This document shows positions 28,722 through 36,279 of a stretch of 44,913 nt of DNA, one piece after another; position 1 is the stretch's first letter; every line of letters begins with the position of its first letter. The notes under the pieces are model-generated. The model was not told the DNA's origin and did not search any database. It saw nothing but the letters and a program-made list of their open reading frames with translations. Source of the stretch: an uncultured Methanosarcinales archaeon (GTDB lineage Archaea > Nanobdellota > Nanobdellia > Woesearchaeales > SKGA01); contig CAZFEG010000002.1 in the NCBI GenBank assembly GCA_964517565.1, positions 1-44,913 on the forward strand, read 5' to 3'. A program made the translations under genes and the position numbers.

Positions 28722-29177
28722 TTATTTCTCGATACTTAAATAAACGAATTCTTCATTATTAATAATTATTTTTTCTATTTTCCTTTCTTTCTTAAGTTCT
28801 TGAACATATCTATAGAATGTTGCTTTCGAGCAATACTTTCTTCGATCAACAAATTCTTTTTTTAATTCTTTAAGTGCGAGGTTAGTTGTAGAAATTTGAA
28901 GCATTATTTCTTGTAGTATAATCTCTTTTTTGTGTCTCACTGCTTGTTGAGGTAATCTCACAGTCTCAATGAGTTCTGTAATTTCTTCTTCATTGTCTTC
29001 AATGATTGTTGTCTCAAAAGGACTAATTCCTTCAAATTCTTGTGTTTGAACTGTTCTGCTTTCTTCTTTAAGTCTCTGAAGAAGTTCTTCGAGCCGATTA
29101 ATGAGTATTTTTACCTCATTAACTCCTTTTCTTTCTCTATTTTCTTTGCTTTTTTCGTATTTGAACAGATCTTTCAC
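28722..29177 (-). CDS. Hypothetical protein with a C-terminal winged-helix-like DNA-binding region (151 aa)
   Basis: The C-terminus YCSKATFYRYVQELKKERKIEKIIINNEEFVYLSI resembles an HTH recognition helix plus wing. The N-terminal half is a charged coiled region. Confidence 0.5.
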   Translation of the reverse strand: MKDLFKYEKSKENRERKGVNEVKILINRLEELLQRLKEESRTVQTQEFEGISPFETTIIEDNEEEITELIETVRLPQQAVRHKKEIILQEIMLQISTTNLALKELKKEFVDRRKYCSKATFYRYVQELKKERKIEKIIINNEEFVYLSIEK

Positions 29178-29242
29178 AATAGATTAGAATTATCCTTTAA
29201 ATTATAAGGTTTTTTCTATTTTCCAACAAAAACTCTTGTTTT

Positions 29243-29381
29243 TGAGACTGTCTCAGTTAGTCTCAGAGACGCTACCTGAGACTCCATTCAGTCTCACAAG
29301 CCTTCTACCCTTAATCTCCATAGGAAACAAGGGGGTGTCTCAACCTGAGACTGTCTCACCAAGAGACTATTTGTTGAGACT
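29243..29381. repeat. Array of 11 GAGAC/GTCTC pentamers. It includes two copies of the 13-bp palindrome TGAGACTGTCTCA and one GTCTCAGAGAC.
   Basis: I counted the copies by hand. They start at 29244, 29250, 29260, 29266, 29278, 29291, 29337, 29347, 29353, 29363 and 29376. Confidence 0.9.
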
Positions 29382-29535
29382 AACCTTCATTTCCTCTTTT
29401 TGTAAGCTCTTTTACTTTCACTGGACACCCACTCATAAGCTATTTAAACGTCCCAAATATTCTTACTATTAATGGATCACCCCCTCATAATAAGTTTATG
29501 AGTGAAATAAAAAGGGAAACCAAGGAGGTATAACC

Positions 29536-29814
29536 ATGGAACAAATAAACGTAGATAAGAACACACCCGAAAAGAAATTTCGAGCAAGTCCCCTTACAGC
29601 AACTGTTTGGGCAAACGAAGTACAAACAAAAGAAGGCGAAACAAGAATGTACAGAACAGTTAGTCTTGAACGCTCATACAAGGACAAAGAAGGTTCTTGG
29701 AAATCAACAAATTCTCTAAGAATAAGCGATTTACCTAAAGCAACTCTTCTTTTAAACAAGGTTTTCGAGTACGTCAGCTTTAAAGATGAACCAGATTTGA
29801 TTGGAGAAGAGTGA
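29536..29814 (+). CDS. Small conserved-looking protein (92 aa), possibly a PC4/YdbC-like ssDNA-binding fold, co-transcribed with radA
   Basis: A strong SD (AAGGAGGT) lies 7 nt before the ATG. The segment RSYKDKEGSWKSTNSLRISDLPKATLLLNKVFEYV resembles the PC4 pattern REYW.D.EG...G.KGISL....W..L. The stop lies 5 nt before the radA ATG. Confidence 0.6.
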   Translation: MEQINVDKNTPEKKFRASPLTATVWANEVQTKEGETRMYRTVSLERSYKDKEGSWKSTNSLRISDLPKATLLLNKVFEYVSFKDEPDLIGEE

Positions 29815-29819
29815 TTCTT

Positions 29820-30755
29820 ATGACTAAAGAATTAGGAATACAAGATTTACCAGGCGTGGGTGCAGCAACTGCAGACAAGCTGATTTCAGGCGGTTTTGAT
29901 AACTTAATGGCTATTGCTGTCGCAACCCCTGGAGAGCTAGTAGATGCATCAGGAGTTACAGAAACAGCTGCTAGAAAGATGATTCAAGGAGCGAGATCTT
30001 CTATGGATATGGGTTTTCAAACAGGTGATGATCTACTTGTTAAACGCAGTAAAGTAATAAAATTAAAACTAGGAAGCGAAGGCTTTGATGCTATGCTTGG
30101 GGGAGGCTTCGAAACAGGTGCAATAACTGAATGTTTTGGACAGTATGGAAGTTCAAAAACACAAATAGCGCATATTCTTTGTGTAAATGTTCAATTACAA
30201 GAAGAAGGTGCTATTGCTGTCTATATTGATACTGAGAATACTTTCCGTCCTGAACGTATTATGCAAATAGCAGAAGGCGTGGGTTTAGATCCTGCGAAAG
30301 TTCTTAAAAACATTCGTGTTGCAAGAGCTTTTAACTCAGATCATCAGATGCTTTTAGCAGAAAAAGTTGAAGACTTAATTAAAGGCGGCGATGCTGTTCG
30401 ATTAGTTGTTGTTGATTCTTTAACTGCGCATTTCCGTGCAGAGTTTGTTGGTCGAGGAACGCTTGCAGAACGCCAACAAAAAATAAACAAACACATGCAC
30501 GTGCTCGCAAAGATCGCAGACATTCATAATATTTGCGTATATGTAACTAATCAGGTAATGTCAAAGCCAGATGCATTCTTTGGTGATCCAACTGAAGCAA
30601 TTGGTGGTCATATTGTTGCTCACAACAGCACTTTTAGAATATATTTGAGGAAAGGTAAAAAAGGTACGCGAGTTGGAAAACTTGTTGATAGTCCTAATCT
30701 CCCTGATGCAGAGTGCATATATCAAGTTCTTACTGAAGGTATTCGTGATGTTTAA
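29820..30755 (+). CDS. radA: DNA repair and recombination protein RadA
   Basis: The N-terminal HhH is LPGVGAATADKLISGGF. Walker A is GQYGSSKTQ and Walker B is LVVVDSLTAHFR. The GGHIVAHNSTFRIYLRKG motif is present. Confidence 0.95.
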   Translation: MTKELGIQDLPGVGAATADKLISGGFDNLMAIAVATPGELVDASGVTETAARKMIQGARSSMDMGFQTGDDLLVKRSKVIKLKLGSEGFDAMLGGGFETGAITECFGQYGSSKTQIAHILCVNVQLQEEGAIAVYIDTENTFRPERIMQIAEGVGLDPAKVLKNIRVARAFNSDHQMLLAEKVEDLIKGGDAVRLVVVDSLTAHFRAEFVGRGTLAERQQKINKHMHVLAKIADIHNICVYVTNQVMSKPDAFFGDPTEAIGGHIVAHNSTFRIYLRKGKKGTRVGKLVDSPNLPDAECIYQVLTEGIRDV

Positions 30756-30881
30756 TTTTTTTTTCTTTCATTGAATTTGCGAGATGTGCCAAAAATATTT
30801 TTGTTTTTTAGCATTTTTTGTAATTCTTACATTTTTCCTTAAAGAATAGTTTTTTATATTTGAGCTTTTTTTATTCTTCCT

Positions 30882-31934
30882 ATGCTTTCGTTAAAAAAGG
30901 ATTTTAAACACGGTACTGTCTCTCTGAAAATAACTCTTTTAGATGATTTATGGTATTTATCGCAAATAATCTCTCCTGGAGATTTCCTTACTGCTAAGAC
31001 TGAACGAAAAATAAAAATTGGCGATCCAAGTAAAGGAAACGTTCGCGTTATTCGCAAAACGATGACTCTTAAAATCTTTGTTGAATCTGTTGATTTTTCA
31101 GATCAAGGATCTCAATTACGAGTGAATGGTCTGGTTCAAGACGGCCGTGATGATGTTCCTAAAGGCGTATATCATGCAATTGGTTTAGAACTGAATGACA
31201 CTTTCACTCTTTCAAAAAATGATTGGCCTTTATTCTTGAGATCAAAATTAGATTCTGCTTTAACAAATACTGCGCACCAAATATTATTTATTGTTTTTGA
31301 TAGGGAGCGCGCGATTTTTGCACTTGTTCGACAGCAAGGTATTGAATATCTTGCAGATATAAAATCTTCCACTGAAAAGAAACAGTATGCTCAGTCGTCC
31401 ACCGATTCAATTTATCAAATAATTCTTACTCAGCTAGAAACATATATGAAAACCTATGATTGCAGTGGTATTGTTGCTGCTTCGCCTGCTTTTTGGAAAG
31501 ATAATTTAGAAAAACTGTTACCTGCAATTTTGAAGAAAAAAATAATTTTTATAACAACAAATACTGTTGATCCATCTTCCATACAAAAATTACTTAGTCG
31601 TCCAGAACTAGCTCGCGTACTGGCGGATCAGCGTTTGCAAAAAGAAGAATCGTTTATAGATCTTGTTTTAGAATCTCTTGTAAAGGATAAGCTAGCTTAC
31701 GGTTTTCATGACGTTCAAACAGCTGCAAATAATGGTGCAATACAAGAAATCGGCGTCTCCGAAAATTTTATTATTTCTTCTCGCCAAGACGGTACTTATG
31801 ATGTTCTTGATAGATTATTAAAACAAGTTGATAGAATGAAAGGTAAAGTTCATTTTCTTTCTTCACCTCAATCTTTAAAACGAATTGATGGTTTGGGTGG
31901 TATTGTTGGTTTACTCCGGTGGGTTGCTCCATGA
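30882..31934 (+). CDS. pelA: Pelota (aPelota/Dom34) mRNA surveillance / ribosome rescue factor
   Basis: The N-terminus is GTVSLKITLLDDLWYLSQIISPGDFLTAKTERKIK. The size is about 350 aa and the domain layout is eRF1-like. Confidence 0.85.
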   Translation: MLSLKKDFKHGTVSLKITLLDDLWYLSQIISPGDFLTAKTERKIKIGDPSKGNVRVIRKTMTLKIFVESVDFSDQGSQLRVNGLVQDGRDDVPKGVYHAIGLELNDTFTLSKNDWPLFLRSKLDSALTNTAHQILFIVFDRERAIFALVRQQGIEYLADIKSSTEKKQYAQSSTDSIYQIILTQLETYMKTYDCSGIVAASPAFWKDNLEKLLPAILKKKIIFITTNTVDPSSIQKLLSRPELARVLADQRLQKEESFIDLVLESLVKDKLAYGFHDVQTAANNGAIQEIGVSENFIISSRQDGTYDVLDRLLKQVDRMKGKVHFLSSPQSLKRIDGLGGIVGLLRWVAP

Positions 31935-32794
31935 ATTTCGAAACAGAGTTAATTTCTTTAATTAAAGAAAAAAAAGAATTAGCTTCTTTGAGTGATTCTT
32001 TTGTGAGTACTGTTTTACATCGTACTACTGCAACATTTTCTTTATCTAAAATGGATTCTTATGATTCTTTTGAGAAATTCCGAAGAAGCGCTCTTTGTAA
32101 ATTATTAGTAACTACTTCTAGAAAACATCTTCGAGAAGTGTATGGTTTATTCATAAAAAAACCATTACAAACTTGTGTTTCAACCCTAGAATCTTTAGAT
32201 TCAATCAATAATCCTCTTATTGATGAATTGTTGAGGTATCACCAATCAACTGCTGAACGTTTTGATGATTATGTTGTTATATATGATTTATTATTTTCTA
32301 CTTTGCATTCTATGGGTCTTTCAAAAGACTATTCTTTGCTAGACTTGGCTTGTGGCTATAATCCTTTCGCGTACAAATTTTTTCCTACGAAACCATCAAA
32401 TTATTTGGTTGTTGATCTTTCTCCAAGTGATATGTTTGCTCTTAATCAATTTTTTTCACAAACGAAAATTTCTGCCAAAGCATTTTCTTTTGATATCCTT
32501 AGTACGGAGTTTGATTCTTGGATTTCAACTATTTCTGTTGATGTCTGTTTTCTTTTCAAAGCTCTCGATTCTTTTGAGACTGTGCGAAAGAATAGTTCCA
32601 AGAAGCTTTTGTCTTCGATTAAAACATCTTTTTTTGTTGTTTCTTTTGCGCTCTCGACAATCGGTGGTCGCAATCATATTTCTGAAAAGAAACGTTCTTG
32701 GTTTGACAGATTTTGTAAAACTAATAATTGGTCTTTAAAGACTATTCAAACCGCTAATGAGATTTTTTACCTTGTTAAAAAAGGAAATTCTTAA
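31931..32794 (+). CDS. SAM-dependent 16S rRNA methyltransferase of the ArmA/Rmt/Sgm (FmrO, m7G1405-type) family
   Basis: Blocks matching my recollection of ArmA: LLRYHQSTAER (ArmA LLKIHSSTNER), LLDLACGYNPFAY (ILDFGCGFNPLAL), DVCFLFKAL (DVVFLLKML), FFVVSFA (NFVISFP), SWFDRF (LWFESF) and EIFYLV (ELVYI). The ATG at 31931 overlaps the pelota TGA (ATGA). Confidence 0.7.
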   Translation: MNFETELISLIKEKKELASLSDSFVSTVLHRTTATFSLSKMDSYDSFEKFRRSALCKLLVTTSRKHLREVYGLFIKKPLQTCVSTLESLDSINNPLIDELLRYHQSTAERFDDYVVIYDLLFSTLHSMGLSKDYSLLDLACGYNPFAYKFFPTKPSNYLVVDLSPSDMFALNQFFSQTKISAKAFSFDILSTEFDSWISTISVDVCFLFKALDSFETVRKNSSKKLLSSIKTSFFVVSFALSTIGGRNHISEKKRSWFDRFCKTNNWSLKTIQTANEIFYLVKKGNS

Positions 32795-32906
32795 AAAGGG
32801 TTCTTGTAACTATTTCACGAAAGTTAAAAACAGTAACATATAAATAGTAGTTATTTTACATCTATTATTAAAAAGGGTGAGGTTCCTTTTTAGGAGGGTA
32901 AAATAT

Positions 32907-33722
32907 ATGATTGTTAAAGAAGAGTTTCTAGCGAAGCTTCGAAGATATTTCTCGTTGAATTTATACGAAGCAAAGGTTTGGACTGCACTTTTATCTAGAG
33001 GTGTGAGTACTGCTGGCGAACTTTCGGACATTGCAAATGTTCCACGTTCACGAAGTTATGATGTTTTAGAATCACTTGAAAAAAAAGGTTTTGTTGTTAT
33101 GAAGATTGGAAAACCAATCAAATACATTGCAGTACCACCTAAAGAAGTTCTTGAAAGAGTAAAAAAGAACTTAATTTCTAAGACTGAAGCACACGTACAA
33201 AAATTAGATGAACTAAAAACAACTGATCTTATTGAAGAACTTAATTCTCTACACACTCAAGGTGTTGAGCTTATTGAACCTACTGATCTTTCTGGTTCTC
33301 TTCGTGGTAGACTTAATCTCTACAATCACATGGAGTTTACTATTCGAAGCGCAGAAGAGTCTGTCACTATTATGACAACCACTCAAGGTTTAATTAGAAA
33401 AGTTGAAGGATTTAAACCACTATTTGAAGAATTGGTTAAACGAGGCGTTAAAATAAAAATTGCTGCTCCTCTAACAACTGATGAAGCAAAAGCTGTTGTT
33501 AAAGATTTGGAAGGCATTGCTGATGTTCGTCATTTAGATGAAATTTCTGCACGGTTTATTGTTGTAGATAGTGCTGAAGTAATTTTCATGGTAATGAATG
33601 ATGATGCTGTACATCCAACGTATGACATAGGAATTTGGGTAAATACTCCTTTCTTTGCATCTGCTCTTGACCAATTATTTAATTTGGCCTGGAATACTTT
33701 GAAAAAATCGGTGAAAAACTAA
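32907..33722 (+). CDS. TrmB-family transcriptional regulator
   Basis: The N-terminal wHTH is LYEAKVWTALLSRGVSTAGELSDIANVPRSRSYDVLESLEKKGFV...KPIKYIAVPP. The ATG at 32907 is preceded by AGGAGGG. Confidence 0.8.
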   Translation: MIVKEEFLAKLRRYFSLNLYEAKVWTALLSRGVSTAGELSDIANVPRSRSYDVLESLEKKGFVVMKIGKPIKYIAVPPKEVLERVKKNLISKTEAHVQKLDELKTTDLIEELNSLHTQGVELIEPTDLSGSLRGRLNLYNHMEFTIRSAEESVTIMTTTQGLIRKVEGFKPLFEELVKRGVKIKIAAPLTTDEAKAVVKDLEGIADVRHLDEISARFIVVDSAEVIFMVMNDDAVHPTYDIGIWVNTPFFASALDQLFNLAWNTLKKSVKN

Positions 33723-33858
33723 TTAAAATGACTTTTTTATTTTTTTTCTTTTCATTAAATAATACCAACTTTGTAAGAGGTTGCAGTCTATTTCAAAACG
33801 CTGTTAGAAATATCTTTATCGAGCAAGCGTCTTTTATTTCTTTTTTGAGGTTAAATAT

Positions 33859-34221
33859 ATGAAGCAAAGGTCTAATAATTCTTTTAATATGGAACCCCCT
33901 ATCAAAGAAGGGGAAGTGTACACTGGCGTTATTGATGCAGTGGGTGAGAAAGGCGATGGTGTTCTTCGCATAAAAGGTTTTGTTGTATTCGTCCCTAAAG
34001 TTGCGAAAGGCGATTTTATTAAAGTACGAATAACTAAAGTTTTACAAAAAGTTTCTTTTGGAGAACTTGTTGAGAAATTGGATACGCCTCCACCTGAAGA
34101 ACAAAAGTTTGTTAAAAAAGAGAAAGTTGTTAGTAAAGAAATTGCAGAATTACTCACTACAACTGGTGATTCTGAAGATTTTGGTGATTCTGGCGACGAT
34201 GATTCTGAGGATGATGACTAG
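33859..34221 (+). CDS. TRAM-domain protein with an acidic C-terminal tail
   Basis: The TRAM core is GEVYTGVIDAVGEKGDGVLRIKGFVVFVPKVAKGDFIKVRITKV. The tail is DSEDFGDSGDDDSEDDD. Confidence 0.8.
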   Translation: MKQRSNNSFNMEPPIKEGEVYTGVIDAVGEKGDGVLRIKGFVVFVPKVAKGDFIKVRITKVLQKVSFGELVEKLDTPPPEEQKFVKKEKVVSKEIAELLTTTGDSEDFGDSGDDDSEDDD

Positions 34222-34248
34222 ATTCTCGTAGCTTTTTGAAGAGGCATC

Positions 34249-34256
34249 TTTATAAA
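34249..34256 (+). promoter_or_regulatory. Candidate TATA box (TTTATAAA) at the start of a 318-nt non-coding interval
   Basis: It is the same octamer as at the other putative promoters and lies 28 nt after the TRAM stop codon. Confidence 0.35.
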
Positions 34257-34563
34257 TCCCTCTTCGTTTTCAATTTGTATAACCTTTTGTAGGCTTGTTA
34301 AGATGAGCTTTATGTTTATCTGCAACCTCTCGTTGTGATATCGAGTCTACAACCGATTATAATCGGTGCACAGGTCAAAATAGTGCAGAATGAGTTTTTT
34401 CTCGTTCTCGTTTTTGATTGTTCATAAAGTATACTTTGCCTTTATGGGTTTAGTTGTCTGAAATGAACTCCAAAAACCTATGCTTTGGCAGAAAAACATG
34501 TTTTTTTTTAAATAGGTTTTATGTTTCAAGGAGAGGTTTTTGATTGCATCATTAGGTGATATT

Positions 34564-35163
34564 ATGGCTGATGAAGAACTATTGATTCCAACTGAAGATT
34601 ATCTTAAATCTGGTATTCACATTGGAACTAAATTTAGAACTAAATATATGGAAAATTTTGTGTATAAAACAAGACCTGATGGTCTTTCTGTTTTGAACAT
34701 AAAGCAAATTGATATAAGAATTAATGCTGCTGCTAATTTGCTAAGCAATTATGAACCTGAAGACATTGTCGTTGTTTCTCGAAGAGAAAACGGTTGGAAG
34801 CCTGTTCGTATGTTTGCAAAAGTAACTGGCTCAAAATGTTTTGCAGGAAGGTATCCTCCTGGTGTTATGACAAATCCTCAACTAAAAAATTTTGTTGAAG
34901 GAAAAGTAATGTTGTTAACTGATGTTGGTCCTGATAAAAATGCTGTAAAAGATGCTATGAGTATTGGTATTCCTATTATTGCTCTTTGTGATACAAATAA
35001 CAAAGCAAATAATTTAGACTTAGTTTTACCTTGCAATAATAAGGGTAAGAAAAGTTTAGGTTTGGTTTTTTGGTTACTTTCTAAATTGTATTTAGAGAAA
35101 AGAGGTTTAATCAATAAAGGTCAAGCTTTTGAGTATTCTGCTGAGCAATTTACTGAAGAATAG
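34564..35163 (+). CDS. rps2p: Ribosomal protein uS2
   Basis: LLIPTEDYLKSGIHIGTKFRTKYMENFVYKTRPDGLSVLNI...ALCDTNN. The ATG at 34564 is preceded by AGGTGA. Confidence 0.9.
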   Translation: MADEELLIPTEDYLKSGIHIGTKFRTKYMENFVYKTRPDGLSVLNIKQIDIRINAAANLLSNYEPEDIVVVSRRENGWKPVRMFAKVTGSKCFAGRYPPGVMTNPQLKNFVEGKVMLLTDVGPDKNAVKDAMSIGIPIIALCDTNNKANNLDLVLPCNNKGKKSLGLVFWLLSKLYLEKRGLINKGQAFEYSAEQFTEE

Positions 35164-35176
35164 TTTGCATTATAAA

Positions 35177-35881
35177 TTAATTTTTTTCTTTTTCTTTTTC
35201 TTCCATTTCTACTTCTTTAAGTCCTAAGTCGTGTATTTTGAAATAGATGCTTTTGTTTTCTTCAATGGATCGATGTTTTTTTATTATTGCTTTTCGAACT
35301 CCATCTTCTACATTTTGTAGTTCTATAAGGCATTTACTTTGATATTTGAGGAGGTCTCCTCCAACAATATTTACTTTTCCTTTTTGTTCAAAGTCACTAT
35401 ATACTTGATTTGTAATGAGAACTGGTATGTTGTTTTTTCTTGCGATTTCTGTGAGTGTGGCTAGTTGTATTCCTAGTTGTTTGTTCACGCTGTATATATT
35501 TTTTGTTTGTCCCATTTCGAGGCGGTAGAGCATAGCTATTGAGTCTACAATAATTATTCCTGTGTTTTTATGAGACATGAGTTTTAGTTTTTCAAATGCT
35601 TTTTTTTGTTCTGCGAATGTTGTTGGTTTGAGAATAATAATTTTTTTGAGTGCTTCAGCAACGTTTTCGTTGAGTTGTCTGAATCTAGATAATGAGAACG
35701 ATCCTTCAGTATCAACGTATATAACTTTTTTTTCTTTAAATGAACTTGCGCAGAGTAGACAAATATTTGATTTCCCGCTTCCCGCTGGTCCATATACTGT
35801 TGTAATAACTTCTCGTTCATATCCTCCTTCAAGGAGCCAGTCAAGAATGTCTGAGCCGGTACTTATTTTTATATCTTTCAT
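35177..35881 (-). CDS. radB: RadB (RecA-superfamily paralogue)
   Basis: It is a short RecA core without an HhH domain. Walker A is YGPAGSGKSNICL and Walker B is IIIVDSIAMLYR. Confidence 0.8.
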   Translation of the reverse strand: MKDIKISTGSDILDWLLEGGYEREVITTVYGPAGSGKSNICLLCASSFKEKKVIYVDTEGSFSLSRFRQLNENVAEALKKIIILKPTTFAEQKKAFEKLKLMSHKNTGIIIVDSIAMLYRLEMGQTKNIYSVNKQLGIQLATLTEIARKNNIPVLITNQVYSDFEQKGKVNIVGGDLLKYQSKCLIELQNVEDGVRKAIIKKHRSIEENKSIYFKIHDLGLKEVEMEEKEKEKN

Positions 35882-36279
35882 TATTCAAGAACCTCTATGC
35901 CTTTATGTAGTGTTTGAAATCCTTCTTCTATTTTTTCTCTATCTGATATGAATTCGTGTGTTCTAGGGTGGATAAGCCAGCTTTGATTTGTTTCTGGATT
36001 TGCAAAAATAATTGTTAGTTTTCTATTTGCAATAAATTGTTCCCACGACTTGTATAATTCTTCTATATTTTCTTTTGTGTTGGAACAGATTAAATATATT
36101 GTTTCTTTTTCTTTTGCATATTTGCTTATTTTTTGTAATTGTTCGTTAATATAATAATGTTTTTTTCCTTTTTTTTCTTCAACAAGTATGTTATTCTCAT
36201 TAAATGTTTGTTTAAGTATTTGTTTTTTCATACTGTCTTTATAGGTGATGTTGTGTTTTGTCCATTCATAGAGCTCCAT
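35881..36279 (-). CDS. Hypothetical protein (132 aa), translationally coupled to radB (TAATG overlap)
   Basis: It is a long ORF whose stop overlaps the radB ATG by 1 nt. No family was recognised. Confidence 0.5.
   Translation of the reverse strand: MELYEWTKHNITYKDSMKKQILKQTFNENNILVEEKKGKKHYYINEQLQKISKYAKEKETIYLICSNTKENIEELYKSWEQFIANRKLTIIFANPETNQSWLIHPRTHEFISDREKIEEGFQTLHKGIEVLE

Noticed and set aside
29236-29472. A 78-aa plus-strand ORF in the wHTH/radA intergenic region
   Set aside because: It is read straight through the GAGAC/GTCTC repeat array, so its sequence (LSQLVSETLPETPFSL...) merely reflects the repeat. It has a TTG start without an SD and no protein-like features. I treat it as non-coding regulatory DNA.
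29178-29535. Calling the GAGAC array a replication origin outright
   Set aside because: No orc1/cdc6 gene is visible in the window, and I cannot compute skew or coverage here. I keep it only as an alternative hypothesis under the array finding.
34222-34539. Known structural RNA (5S rRNA, SRP RNA, RNase P RNA, tRNA) in the uS2 upstream gap
   Set aside because: I could not find the conserved cores: the RNase P CR-I/CR-V strings, the SRP helix-8 GNAR loop with flanking motifs, a 5S loop E region, or a tRNA cloverleaf. It is kept only as an unclassified candidate RNA.
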